Shown one piece after another: positions 1 through 11,283 of a DNA stretch of 64,000 nt. The stretch's first letter is position 1, and every line of letters starts with the position of its first letter. The stretch is from an uncultured Gemmatimonadales bacterium (GTDB taxonomy: Bacteria > Gemmatimonadota > Gemmatimonadetes > Gemmatimonadales > GWC2-71-9), in assembly GCA_963844035.1 (NCBI GenBank), contig CAWJMT010000003.1, positions 341,509 to 405,508 of the forward strand, in the 5' to 3' direction. A program made the position numbers and the translations under genes. The notes under the pieces were generated by a model. It was not told the DNA's origin. It made no database searches and worked only from the letters and a program-made list of their open reading frames with translations.

Positions 1-2363
1 TCCGCTTCCACCGCGAGATGTCGCGCGAATTCCCAGCGCGCCGCCAACGTCGTGTCGGCCGCCGTCCCGTGAGCGCTGTGGGGGTCGGGCGAAACGAGAT
101 TACGCACCGCCGCGGTCGGGCTGGGCCCCTCACTCGCCCGCTCCCCGCGGCTGAGGAAGACCTTGCTCACGCCTCGCGGGGTCCCATCGGTCGCCGGCTC
201 GACGAACAGGGCTTGCTCCGTGAGCAGCGTACCGTCCACGATCCAGAGACGCATCACGCCAACCGCTGTTTCGGGCGACCCCATCAGCTCGCGCGGCAGC
301 CGCTGCGCGACAACCGGCGTCCAGAGATGCAGCCGAGGACCGGCGGGCGACATGGTGCCCGCCAGCAGCGCGACCACATGACTCGGCGCACCACTATCGA
401 ACGCCTGGGCCATCCACAGGCGTACCCCGCCCGCCGGATCCGCGGGTGCCGGCAGCTCAAACGGTGCGCGCGGCGGCCGGTGCCACGCCGAGGAATCTCC
501 CCGGCTGCGCATCAGCTGGCTCTCGGCGATGCGAAACGCGCTGCGCGGGTACGGCAGCTGCTCGCGCAGTGCGGCGGGGAGGCTGTCACGCGGCCGGATG
601 AGGGGCGCAAGCAACCGGGCCCAGGCGGTCGCCAGCGAATCCGCGCCGGGCGCGAGGTAGAGCCGGGTGTCGCCGGTCGCGGCGTTCACGACGCCAACCA
701 GTCCGGTGCGCAGGTATCGCACCAGATGGTCGCTGCCCGGAACTGCGAGCGGGCGAGCCAGGGGACAGGTGCGGCTGGTGAGATAGCCGTAGGAGATCCA
801 CCACAACGTCGAATCCGCGATCACCGGCGTCGGATGGTCGAAGGTGGCGAAGGGAGCGAGCTGGGTGAGGCGGTCCGTCACGTCGCGGCGCCAGAGCAGC
901 ACCAGCCCGTCAGTTTGCCCGCGCACGAGCTCCAGATTTTGCAGCGTCCAGGCGAGCGCGGTGCGTGGCCACCAGCCCGCCACCGGGATGCCACCGGCTC
1001 GGAGCGCCGGCCAGGTGTCGGGCGCGGCCACCGCAAAGTCATAAAACCCCGCGCCGAACCAATATGCGGAATCGCGGGTAGCCCCCCGGCTCACGGCGAG
1101 GCCGGAGTCCGTTTCGGTTGCGGTGAGTGGCGGTCCGGCACGCGCGTAGCGGCCGCGATGTCGCTCGCTCCATTCGGGGCCGCCCGGGGGGGCACCATGG
1201 TCTCCCAGCGACACTGTCCCTTCCGCGCCCGGCACGACCAACCAGCTTGGCCTGCCCTCTCCCGATTTGGCGGGCATGAGGCTGGTTCCGGCAGCGGGCG
1301 CGCGTGAGCCCCAGAGGCGGGTCCGGCGAACGACGGTGGCGACGCGATCGGGGTCCCACACGGGCAGCGCGTTGACCGTCGATGCGAGGGTTGGAAAGGC
1401 GCCGGGCGACTGCGAGAGCCAGTCGCTGCCGAACGCCAGCCGCTCGAACCGGTCGCGGGTCGTGTCGCCCCCGGTGGCGCTGCTCATCAGTCCCGGGACC
1501 ACGCCGTACACGGCGACCGCGCCGAGGAACAGCGCGCCCCATGCTCCGACGAGCAGGCGCGGTCGCTCGCGCAGGCCCCAGATCAGCGTTGCGACGACGG
1601 TCATACCGCTGAGCACGACCATCACTCTGGCGCCGGGGATGCGGGCCTGGAGCAACGTGTGGTCCAGCACGCCGCGCAGCCCGGCGACGGCTTCTGCCGG
1701 ATCGAGGACAGCGGCGCGCGCGAGACTGAGTGCGAGCAGGGCGAGCACCAGCCCCAGGTGTGCGCGCGCGTGCGCGCTCGCCTCGGGACGCCAGCCGTGA
1801 AACCGCAGCGAGCCGATGCCCAGATACAGCAGCGCGACGATCAGCGCGGCCGTCCCCGTCGCGAGCAGCGCGAAGTTCTTGCAGGTGACGGCCCACGGCA
1901 GCGTGCCAAGGTAGTAGCCCAGATCGCGCTGCAGCACCGGGTCCAGAATGCCGAAGCTCGGCGGGTGTGATGCCAGCATCGCCTCGAGCCACCAGTCTCC
2001 CGTGCCGAGCGAGAGCAGCAGGCCGTACAGGGTCCCGCAGGCGAGGGTGCCGGCGAGCAGCACGCGCTGAGGGACGGCCTCGACGATCTCCAGGTCGCCG
2101 AGGCGCCGCGGCAGCTGCACCGACCCGATGGCGCGATACACGTAGTAGAAGTTCGCCGTGCCCCAGGTGACGGCGACGAGCAGGATGATCCCGTTGGTCA
2201 GGCGGGCGAGGTCGCGAGCCGCGAGATACACGTGGCCCCGGGCGATGGTCGCGGCCCAGGCGTGCTCGGCGGTCTCGAGTGCGAGCCAGCGTCCGCCCAC
2301 GAGGAGCGCCGCGAAGATGGTGAGCCCGAAGAGAACAACACGCCGCCGCCGGGCGGCGTTCAC
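1..2363 (-). CDS. UPF0182-family membrane protein, 3' end beyond the window
   Basis: Not in the ORF track because it has no stop inside the window. Manual reading from GTG 2363 (GTGA overlap with the pmm stop) gives MNAARRRRVVLFGLTIFAALLVGGRW..., several TM segments, FGILDPVLQRDLGYYL, LPVWDP and LWRRDVTDRLTQLAPF...LWWISYGY, all typical of UPF0182. Confidence 0.75.
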   Translation of the reverse strand, partial: MNAARRRRVVLFGLTIFAALLVGGRWLALETAEHAWAATIARGHVYLAARDLARLTNGIILLVAVTWGTANFYYVYRAIGSVQLPRRLGDLEIVEAVPQRVLLAGTLACGTLYGLLLSLGTGDWWLEAMLASHPPSFGILDPVLQRDLGYYLGTLPWAVTCKNFALLATGTAALIVALLYLGIGSLRFHGWRPEASAHARAHLGLVLALLALSLARAAVLDPAEAVAGLRGVLDHTLLQARIPGARVMVVLSGMTVVATLIWGLRERPRLLVGAWGALFLGAVAVYGVVPGLMSSATGGDTTRDRFERLAFGSDWLSQSPGAFPTLASTVNALPVWDPDRVATVVRRTRLWGSRAPAAGTSLMPAKSGEGRPSWLVVPGAEGTVSLGDHGAPPGGPEWSERHRGRYARAGPPLTATETDSGLAVSRGATRDSAYWFGAGFYDFAVAAPDTWPALRAGGIPVAGWWPRTALAWTLQNLELVRGQTDGLVLLWRRDVTDRLTQLAPFATFDHPTPVIADSTLWWISYGYLTSRTCPLARPLAVPGSDHLVRYLRTGLVGVVNAATGDTRLYLAPGADSLATAWARLLAPLIRPRDSLPAALREQLPYPRSAFRIAESQLMRSRGDSSAWHRPPRAPFELPAPADPAGGVRLWMAQAFDSGAPSHVVALLAGTMSPAGPRLHLWTPVVAQRLPRELMGSPETAVGVMRLWIVDGTLLTEQALFVEPATDGTPRGVSKVFLSRGERASEGPSPTAAVRNLVSPDPHSAHGTAADTTLAARWEFARHLAVEA

Positions 2364-3752
2364 ACGCTGACGCCTGCCGCGCGGAGCCAGTCCTCAACTT
2401 CATTGCGATACGCGGCCAGCTCGGCGTCGCTCGGCGCCTCGAAGCGCATCACGAGCACCGGCTGGGTGTTGGACGAACGCAGCAGACCCCAGCCGTGCGC
2501 AAACGTGATGCGGACGCCGTCGAGCGTGGACACGGGGTATTTCGCGCCGAAATGCTTGGCCGCCTGCTCGACGATCGCGACCTTGCGGTCGTCGGCGCAC
2601 TCGATGCGGATCTCGGGTGTCGCCACCGTTGCTGGAAGGTCGGCGAGCCGCGGCGAGAGCGGACCGGTGTGCTCGGCGACGTAATGGATCAGGCGCGCGG
2701 CGGCGAACAATGCGTCGTCGAATCCGAACCAGTCGCCGCCGAAGAACATGTGGCCGCTCATCTCGCCGGCGAGCGGCGATTTGAGGTCCAGCATTTTCTG
2801 CTTGATCAGGGAATGCCCCGTCTTCCACATGACGGGCTCGAGCCCGGCGCGCTTGAGCTCCTGCGGCAGCACCTCGGAGCATTTCACGTCGAAGATGACC
2901 GAGTGTCCCTTGCCCATGCGCCGGACCAGGTCGCGCGCGAACAGTACCAGCAGCTGATCGCCGAACACCGGTTTACCCTGCTCGTCCACCACGCCGATTC
3001 GGTCGCCGTCGCCGTCGAAGCCGATGCCCAGCTCGGCGCCCTCCCGCACGACTGCGGCTTGCAGGTCAACCAGGTTCTCGAGCACCGTGGGATCGGGGTG
3101 GTGATTGGGAAACGTCCCATCCGAGTCGGCGAACAGCGGCACGACCACGGCGCCCAACTTTTCGAGCGTCTCGATCGCGATGAGGCTCGTGACCCCGTTG
3201 CCGCAATCGACCACGACCTTGACGGGCCGCTTGAGCGGGCTGTTCCGCTGCACGATGGCGTCACGATACGCGACGAGGATGTTGGGGTGCGAGCGCCGGT
3301 ATCCCCCGGTCTGATCGCGCAGCCGGCCCTCCGAAATCATTCGGCGCAACAGCGCGATGTCTTCTCCGTAAATCGGCGCGCCGCTCGAGCACCATCTTGA
3401 AGCCGTTGAACTCGGGCGGATTGTGGGAGCCGGTGACCTGCAGCCCGCCGTCGACGCCCAGGGTGTGGGTGGCGAAGTAGAGCGCGGGGGTCGGCACCTG
3501 TCCTACGTAGACGGCAAGGCCGCCCGCGTCCTCGATCCCGGAGACGACGCGGGCCACCAGCTCCACGCCTGACGGCCGGTTGTCGTGGCCGACGGCGATC
3601 TGCGGCTCGCGCCGCAGCCGCTCGGCGCCGAGGGTCGCGAACGCCTTGCCGACGGCGTACGCCGCTTCCGGCGTGAGCTGGTCGCCGACGGTGCCGCGAA
3701 TGTCGTATTCGCGGAAGATGACGGGGGGGAGGCGAAGGTTTACCGGGGGCAG
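2360..3752 (-). CDS. Phosphomannomutase/phosphoglucomutase, frameshift near 3385, start uncertain
   Basis: Motifs IFREYDIRG, TGSHNPPEFNGFK (catalytic Ser), FDGDGDR (metal site), GEMSGH and RSSNTQP, split across ORFs 3261..3566 and 2360..3349. No canonical start upstream of IFREYDIRG. Confidence 0.9.
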
Positions 3753-3767
3753 AGGGCCTGCCTTGCG

Positions 3768-5297
3768 TCAGTTGTCGTTCGTGGACAACGATGCCGGCGG
3801 CGTGCGGGGCTGCACGACCGCGGCGCGAACACTTGCACCGCTCGTTTGGGCGAGCGAAAGCATCCCGCTCGGGTGTACGCCCAAGGCCAGCAATCCGACC
3901 ACCGCGGCGGCCACGACGGCGCCGGCCAGCCGGCCGAGGCGCAGGTCCACGTGGGCTTGTCCGGACGATTCGGGCTTCATGTACATCGCCATCACGACCG
4001 GGAGATAGTACCCCGCCGACGCAACGCTGGCGACCACCAGCAGCGCGGCGAGCAGCCCCTGACCGGTGGTGATCGCGGCCGTCAGGATGTACCACTTGCC
4101 GATGAATCCGGCCGTGCCCGGAACGCCGAGCAGCGAGAGCATGCACACGGTGAGGGCGAAGGCGAGGACCGGCCGGCGGGCGCCGAGTCCTGCGAGATCG
4201 TCGATGAGGACGTCGCGCTCGCCGTCGCGGCCCTTGGCCGCGAGGATGGCGAACGCCGCCAGCGTCATCAGGGCGTACGCGACCAGGTAGAAAACGAACG
4301 CTGCCGACCCGACGCTCGTGCCCGCGCTCACCGCGACCAGCAGATACCCGGCGTGAGCCACGGACGAGTAGGCGAGCATCCGCTTCATGGTTCGCTGCGC
4401 CAGCGCTGTGAGGTTGCCGAGGGCCATCGTGACGGCGGCGAGCCACCAGACGATCGTGTGCCATCCGGCGACCCCGGCGAACCCTTCCGTGAGCACGCGG
4501 AACAGGGCGGTGAACGCGGCGGCCTTCACACCGACGGCCATGAAGGCGGTCACGGGTGTGGGTGAGCCGTCGTACACGTCCGGGGCCCACATGTGGAACG
4601 GCACGGCCGCGACCTTGAACCCGAACCCGATGAGCAGGAGCCCGACCCCGAGCAGCAGCATGGTGCTGTGGCCGAGACCGAGCGCGCTGACCTGCGCGCC
4701 GATCAGTGTCAGGTTGGTCGTCCCCGTGGCCCCGTAGGTCAGGGCCATGCCGTACAGCAGGAACGCCGACGCGAACGCCCCCAGCAGGAAGTACTTGAGT
4801 GCGGCCTCGGCGCCGCCCGGGCTGCGACGGTTGATTCCCGCGAGGACGTAGACGCACACCGACATCAGCTCCAGCCCTAGGAACGTCACCATCAGGTCTT
4901 CCGCGCCGCCGAGCAGCATCATGCCGATCGTCGCGAACAGGAGCAGCACGTAGTACTCGGGCGCGAGCAGCTGCTCGCGCTCGAGGTACGCAACCGACAG
5001 CAGGACGGTGAGCGCCGCAGTCCCGAGGAAGATCCAGTCCGTCACGAATCGGAAGTCGTCTACCGCGATCATGGTCGCGATGCCGGCGACCTGCGCGCGC
5101 GTGGCCCACAGCCACCCGACGACACCCGCCGTCGAGATCAGCCCGGCCAGCGTGATCCAGCCGGCCAGCCGAAGGTCGGCCGCCGTGCGGTGCCGAACGG
5201 CGACGACCAGAAGGAGCAGCAGCCCCCAGCCGGTGAGCACGATCTCGGGGAGCAGCGCGATCACGAGGTCGGGATACTGCGACAGGTCGAGGTTCAT
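3768..5297 (-). CDS. nuoN: NADH-quinone oxidoreductase subunit N
   Basis: EAALKYFLLG and FKVAAVPFHMWAPDVYDGSP; last gene of the nuo operon; ATG 5297 overlaps the nuoM stop. Confidence 0.96.
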   Translation of the reverse strand: MNLDLSQYPDLVIALLPEIVLTGWGLLLLLVVAVRHRTAADLRLAGWITLAGLISTAGVVGWLWATRAQVAGIATMIAVDDFRFVTDWIFLGTAALTVLLSVAYLEREQLLAPEYYVLLLFATIGMMLLGGAEDLMVTFLGLELMSVCVYVLAGINRRSPGGAEAALKYFLLGAFASAFLLYGMALTYGATGTTNLTLIGAQVSALGLGHSTMLLLGVGLLLIGFGFKVAAVPFHMWAPDVYDGSPTPVTAFMAVGVKAAAFTALFRVLTEGFAGVAGWHTIVWWLAAVTMALGNLTALAQRTMKRMLAYSSVAHAGYLLVAVSAGTSVGSAAFVFYLVAYALMTLAAFAILAAKGRDGERDVLIDDLAGLGARRPVLAFALTVCMLSLLGVPGTAGFIGKWYILTAAITTGQGLLAALLVVASVASAGYYLPVVMAMYMKPESSGQAHVDLRLGRLAGAVVAAAVVGLLALGVHPSGMLSLAQTSGASVRAAVVQPRTPPASLSTNDN

Positions 5298-6779
5298 CGG
5301 GCTTTGACCGTCGAGATGAATCGCTGCGCCGCCGGCTCCATGCGCTCGAGGAACGGCTTCGGGTACACGCCGAGCCACACGATGCACGCCAGCAGCGGCA
5401 GCAGCACGGCGAGCTCGCGGGGGGTGAGATCGAGCAGCTTCTCGTTCTCCTTCTTGTCGAGCGCGTTGTAGATCACCCGCTGGAGCGCCCACAGGAGGTA
5501 CGCAGCCGCGACGATCACGCCGGCTGTGGCGAGCGTGGCGGCGACCGGGTACGTCTGGAACGCGCCGATCAAGACCAGGAACTCGCCGGTGAACCCATTG
5601 GTACCGGGGAGCCCGATGGACGACAGGGACACGATCGTCAGAATCGCGGCGAACAGCGGGACCACGCGCGCGATGCCGCCGTACGCATCGATCATGCGGC
5701 TATGGCGCCGCTCATAGATCATCCCCACCAGGAAAAAGAGCGCGCCGGTCGAGATGCCGTGATTGATCATCACGAGTAGCGCCCCCTGCACGCTCTGCAC
5801 GGTGAGGGCCCAGATCCCGAGCATGACGAACCCCAGGTGGGCCACCGACGAGTACGCGATCAGGCGTTTGAAATCGGGCTGTACCATCGCCACCAGACCG
5901 CCGTAGAGGATCCCGACCAGCGACAGCACGACGATCGCCGTCTGGATGGCGGGGTGCTGGGCCACCGCCGGAAAGAAGGGGAAGGCGAACCGGAGGAACC
6001 CGTAGGTGCCCATCTTGAGGAGAATACCGGCGAGGATCACCGACCCGGCGGTAGGCGCCTCCGTGTGAGCGTCGGGGAGCCAGGTGTGGAACGGGAACAC
6101 CGGGACCTTGATGGCGAACGCGAGGAAGAACGCGCCGAACAGCCAGTAGCCGCGCGGTCCCAGATCGCCGAGCCCGGTCATCAGATGCTCGTACGAGAAC
6201 GAGTACACCCCCGTGCGCTGATGGACCAGATGCACCAGCGTGAGGATGGCGACCAGCATGAGCATCGAGCCGAGCATCGTGTAGACGAAGAACTTCAGGG
6301 CGGCGTACAGACGCCCGTCACCCCCCCACACGCCGATGATGAAATACATCGGAATGAGCATCACTTCCCACATCACGAAGAACAGGAACAGGTCGAGCGC
6401 GACAAAAACGCCGATCATTCCCGACGTCAACGCCAGAAGCAGCGCGTAGTAGCCGCGCACCCGCGTCGTGATGGTGGCGTAGCTGCCGAGCACGGTGAGC
6501 GGGACCAGGAGGGTCGTCAGGAGTACGAGGAACAGCGAGATCCCGTCCACGCCCACGGTGAACCGGATGCCCCAGGCCGGCACCCAGGGCACGTCGAACC
6601 GGAACTGCATCCCGCCGGACGGCACGAAGGTCCACCACATCGGGACCGAGATGGCGAATTCGACGCAGCGCTGCGGCGAGCGCGATGTGTTTGGCCCAGC
6701 GGTCCGGCGCGGCGAGCACGGCCAGAGCGCCGGCCACCGGCCAGAGGAGCAGCGCCAGCAACACCCAGTCGTTGTACAC
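5294..6779 (-). CDS. nuoM: NADH-quinone oxidoreductase subunit M, frameshift near 6666
   Basis: IKVPVFPFHTWLPDAHTEAPTAGS and KRLIAYSSVAHLG; N-terminus MYNDWVLLALL lies in another frame. Confidence 0.95.
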
Positions 6780-6782
6780 GGG

Positions 6783-8788
6783 TTAGCCCACCGCCCCGAG
6801 CAACAGCACGGCGCCCGCAACGAACAGGACCACGTACAGGCCCAGCTCCCCCGATTGCAGCCGGCTGCCCAGCCAGCCGAGCACCTGGGAGACCCGCGCC
6901 ACACCATTCACCCCGCCGCTGTCCACCACGCGCTGGTCGATCCACTTCCACAGGACCTCGCGCGACAGCCACACGATCGGCCGCACGATGACGCGGTCGT
7001 AGATCTGGTCGACGTAGTACGCCTTCGCCAGGATGCGCGCGAATCCCTGCTCCGCCGCTGCCTGCCGCGCGGGCACGAGGCGCTCAAACGGCAGGAGGCG
7101 CCAGGCGGCGACGATGCCGGCCGCCGCGACCGCCACCGCGAGCACGATGAGCGCCCATTCGACGCCGTGGGACAGCGCCGGGACTGCGCTGATGTGCGCG
7201 GCCGCTTCGGTCAACGGCTCGAGCCAATGTTCGAGCGGCGCGGTTCCGCCGAGCAACTGCGGCAGGTTCAGCGCGCCGCCGGCGGCCGCGAGCATCCCCA
7301 GCACCACGAGCGGTCCCGTCATCACCGGCGGCGCCTCGTGGAGGTGGGCGCCCGCCTTCTCGCCGGTCCGGTTGGGGCCGTGGAAGGTGTAGAGCATCAG
7401 ACGCGTCATGTAGAACGCCGTCAGCAGTGCGGCCGTCACGCCCAACGCCCAGAACGCATACCACAGGGGATTGACCGCTCCGCGCGCGAATGCCGCACCG
7501 AGGATGGCGTCCTTCGAGAAAAATCCCGAGAACGGCGGGACGCCGGCGATCGCGAGCGTCGCGACCCACATCAGGCCGCAGGTCCAGGGAAGAAAGGCGC
7601 GCAGGCCGCCCATGTTGCGCATGTCCTGGGCGTCCTCGTGCGCGTGCGTGGCATGGTAGGCCTGATGCATGGCGTGAATCACGCTCCCCGCACCCAGAAA
7701 CAGCAGCGCCTTGAAGAAGGCGTGGGTCACGAGGTGAAACACGCCGGCCGCGTACGCGCCGGAGCCCACGCCCAAGAACATGTAGCCGAGCTGCGAGATC
7801 GTCGAATAGGCGAGCACCTTCTTGATGTCCCACTGCTTGAGACCGACCGACGCGGCGAAGCAGCGCCGTCAACGCCCCGACGCCCGGCCACCACGGCGCT
7901 CCCCGTCGGCGACAGCGCGAAGAGCACGCCGCAGCGGGCGACGAGATAGACGCCAGCGGTGACCATGGTCGCCGCGTGGATCAGCGCCGACACGGGCGTG
8001 GGTCCCTGCATGGCGTCCGGCAGCCAGGTATACAGGGGGATTTGCGCGGACTTCCCGGCGCAACCGAGGAACAGAAACAGGGCGATCGCGGTCACGGCCC
8101 GATCGCCGACCGCGAACGTGGTGGGCGCTTTGGCGAACACCGTCGTGAAGTCGAGCGAACCGGTGTGCTGGAAGATCAGGAACATCGCGATCAGGAACCC
8201 GAAGTCCCCGATGCGATTGACGATGAACGCCTTGAGCCCGGCATCGGCGTTGATCTTCTCGGTGAACCAGAACCCGATCAACAGGTACGAGCACAGCCCG
8301 ACGCCCTCCCAACCCACGAACATGAGGGGGAAGTTGGCGCCGAGTACGAGCGTCAGCATGAAGAACACGAACAGGTTGAGATACGCGAAGTAGCGGGCGT
8401 ACCCCGGATCGTCGTGCATGTAGCCGACGCTGTAGAGGTGGATCAGCGTGCCGACGCCCGTCACCACGAGAATCATCACTGCCGAGAGCGAGTCGAGCTG
8501 CAAGGCCACATCCACCTGCAGGTTGGCCACGGGCAGCCAGGACCAGTACCGGAACACCAGGGGCTCGGCGGGGGGATGGCCGTGCAGCGTCCACACCAGC
8601 CACACCGCGCTCACGCAAGCCGCCGCCACGCTGCCGACGCCAATGACGGACACGGCGGCTTTGGCTTTGGGGCGCCAGAAGGCCAGCAGGCCGTTCAGGA
8701 CGAACCCGGCGAACGGCAGCGCGGGCACCGTCCAGAGCAGGCGCTGTACGCCTGCGTCCGCGGCTGCGACCATCAGGCCGTCGGCCAT
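6783..8788 (-). CDS. nuoL: NADH-quinone oxidoreductase subunit L, two indels near 7861-7888
   Basis: GKSAQIPLYTWLPDAMQGPTPVSALIHAATMV, LAYSTISQLGYM and HAFFKALLFL across ORFs 7727..8989 and 6783..7817. Confidence 0.95.
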
Positions 8789-9083
8789 CACCCCTTCAAC
8801 AGGTTGATGGTGTCGATGTTCACGCTGCGGCGGTGACGATACAGGGCGAGAATGATCGCGAGTCCCACGGCCGCTTCGGCGGCGGCCACGGCCATGACGA
8901 AGAACACGAAGATCTGCCCCCCGACCCCGAGCGACTGCGCGAGGGCGACAAAGGTGAGGTTCACAGCGTTGAGCATCAGCTCCACGCACATGAAGATCAC
9001 GATGGCATTGCGGCGCAGCAGCACCCCGGCGACGCCGACGGTGAACAGCACTGCGGACACGAACAGCGAAGGGCCGAGGAGCA

Positions 9084-9084
<1 letters not shown>
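8788..9084 (-). CDS. nuoK: NADH-quinone oxidoreductase subunit K
   Basis: [20 protein letters not shown] and [11 protein letters not shown]. Confidence 0.96.
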
Positions 9085-9605
<521 letters not shown>

Positions 9606-9606
9606 A

Positions 9607-10113
9607 CTACTCGCCTTTGGGATCGGACGGATCCCACAACGTGGAGACGGCGTGGGTTTGCGCGCACAGGCGCTCGAGGTCGTACACGAAGCGATCGCGC
9701 GAGTATTCGGAGTTCTCGTAGTGCACGCCGACGTGAATCGCCTCTTCCGGACACACCTCCTGGCAGTAGCCGCAGAAGACGCAACGGAATTCGTCGATCT
9801 CGTAGATCAGCGGGTAGCGGTTCCCCTGGTCGTCTTCGCCGGGCACCAGCTTGATGCAGTTCGCCGGACAGATCTGGGGGCACAAACCGCACGCCACGCA
9901 CTTGGCGCGTCCCTGCTCGTCGGTCAGCATGCGGTGCGTTCCGCGCCACCGGGCGGAGATCGTCCAATCTTTGCTGCTCTTCTCCTCGGGATACTGCATC
10001 GTCACTTTGGGCCGGAAGATGTGACGCAGCGTGAGCACCATCGCCTTGAGCGTGGCGCGCAGGTACGAGGTCTCGGCCGTCGGCCGCTTGAGGATCTTCA
10101 CGCCGATCGTCAT
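9607..10113 (-). CDS. nuoI: NADH-quinone oxidoreductase subunit I
   Basis: Two CxxCxxCxxxCP motifs (CVACGLCPQICP, CVFCGYCQEVCP) and TMQYPEEK. Confidence 0.97.
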   Translation of the reverse strand: MTIGVKILKRPTAETSYLRATLKAMVLTLRHIFRPKVTMQYPEEKSSKDWTISARWRGTHRMLTDEQGRAKCVACGLCPQICPANCIKLVPGEDDQGNRYPLIYEIDEFRCVFCGYCQEVCPEEAIHVGVHYENSEYSRDRFVYDLERLCAQTHAVSTLWDPSDPKGE

Positions 10114-11283
10114 CTAGGCTTGCTCCTCAGCGACGGAAGGGGCCACGAGGCGCCCGCGGTCGAGCACGAACAAGAGCGGGATGGCCACGAGGACGTTCAT
10201 CCCGAACAACGCGAGCGCGAAGCGCGAGTCGTACGCCCACCCCAGCTGGTCGTGCAGCACCCAGATCGCGGTGGCGAGCACCGCCAGGTAACCGAGGGCG
10301 AGGGGGAGCATCACCTTCCAGCCGAGCGCCATGAGCTGGTCGTAGCGGAACCGCGGCAGCGTCCAGCGCACCCAGATGTAGAGGAACAGGAAGAACCCGA
10401 CCTTGACGGAGAAGGCCGCGACCGTGGCCAGCGTCTTCACAACCGTCCAGGGCGGCACGTCATCCCAGTGCGTGAAGGGGATATCCCAGCCCCCGAAGAA
10501 CAACGTCGCCATCAAGGCCGACGCCGTCACCATGCTCGCGTACTCGGCGATGTAGAACATCGAGAACTTCATCGCGCTGTACTCCGTGTGATAGCCCGCG
10601 ATCAACTCTGCCTCTGCCTCCGGCAGGTCGAACGGCAGCCGGTTGGTCTCGGCAAACGCGGCGACCGTGAAGATGAAGTACGCGACTCCGAGGGGGAACA
10701 CGTTCCAGGTGAACAGCGAGTGCTGTTGCCGCTCCACGACCGCCGAGAGCGTCACGTTGCCGACGAGCAGCAACACGGCGACGGTGCTCAGCCCCAGCGC
10801 GATTTCGTAGGAAATCATCTGCGCGCTGGAGCGCAGCCCGCCGAGCAACGAGTACTTGTTGTTGGAGGCCCAGCCGGCGAGCACGATACCGTACACCCCG
10901 AGCGAGGTGATCGCCAGGATGTACAGGAACCCGACCGGGAGGTCCGCGACGACGAGCGGTACGTCGCCCCAGGGCGTCGGCAGCGGCGCACCGAGCGGCA
11001 CCACGGCCATCGTGAGCAGCGCGGGGACGAAGGTGATCGCCGGCGCCAGCATGAACAGGAGACGGTCTGCCTGGGCCGGCAGCGTTTCTTCTTTCAGGAG
11101 ATTCTTGAGGCCGTCGGCCGCGGGCTGCAGCAGGCCCTCCGGGCCGACGCGGTTGGGTCCCAGCCGGTCTTGCATCCAGGCGCAGATGCGCCGCTCGGCG
11201 AGCGTCAGCAGCGCGACCCCGACCATGATGACGGTGAACACCACCAGGATCTTCGCGATCGACGCGATCAGGAAGAACGTCAT
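10114..11283 (-). CDS. nuoH: NADH-quinone oxidoreductase subunit H
   Basis: QDRLGPNRVG, AETNRLPFDLPEAEAEL and RWTLPRFRYDQLM. Confidence 0.97.
   Translation of the reverse strand: MTFFLIASIAKILVVFTVIMVGVALLTLAERRICAWMQDRLGPNRVGPEGLLQPAADGLKNLLKEETLPAQADRLLFMLAPAITFVPALLTMAVVPLGAPLPTPWGDVPLVVADLPVGFLYILAITSLGVYGIVLAGWASNNKYSLLGGLRSSAQMISYEIALGLSTVAVLLLVGNVTLSAVVERQQHSLFTWNVFPLGVAYFIFTVAAFAETNRLPFDLPEAEAELIAGYHTEYSAMKFSMFYIAEYASMVTASALMATLFFGGWDIPFTHWDDVPPWTVVKTLATVAAFSVKVGFFLFLYIWVRWTLPRFRYDQLMALGWKVMLPLALGYLAVLATAIWVLHDQLGWAYDSRFALALFGMNVLVAIPLLFVLDRGRLVAPSVAEEQA

Noticed and set aside
18..1307. Long ORF-track entries antisense or out of frame to real genes (for example 18..1307, 1039..2403, 9496..11346, 23063..25390, 49447..51240)
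   Set aside because: Arg/Pro/Gly-rich shadow ORFs expected at high GC; each overlaps a motif-supported gene.
3750..3770. NuoN-PMM stop-codon readthrough fusion (pmm is in frame after the nuoN TGA)
   Set aside because: Biologically implausible, no SECIS-like evidence, and a CTG start or homopolymer indel explains it more simply.
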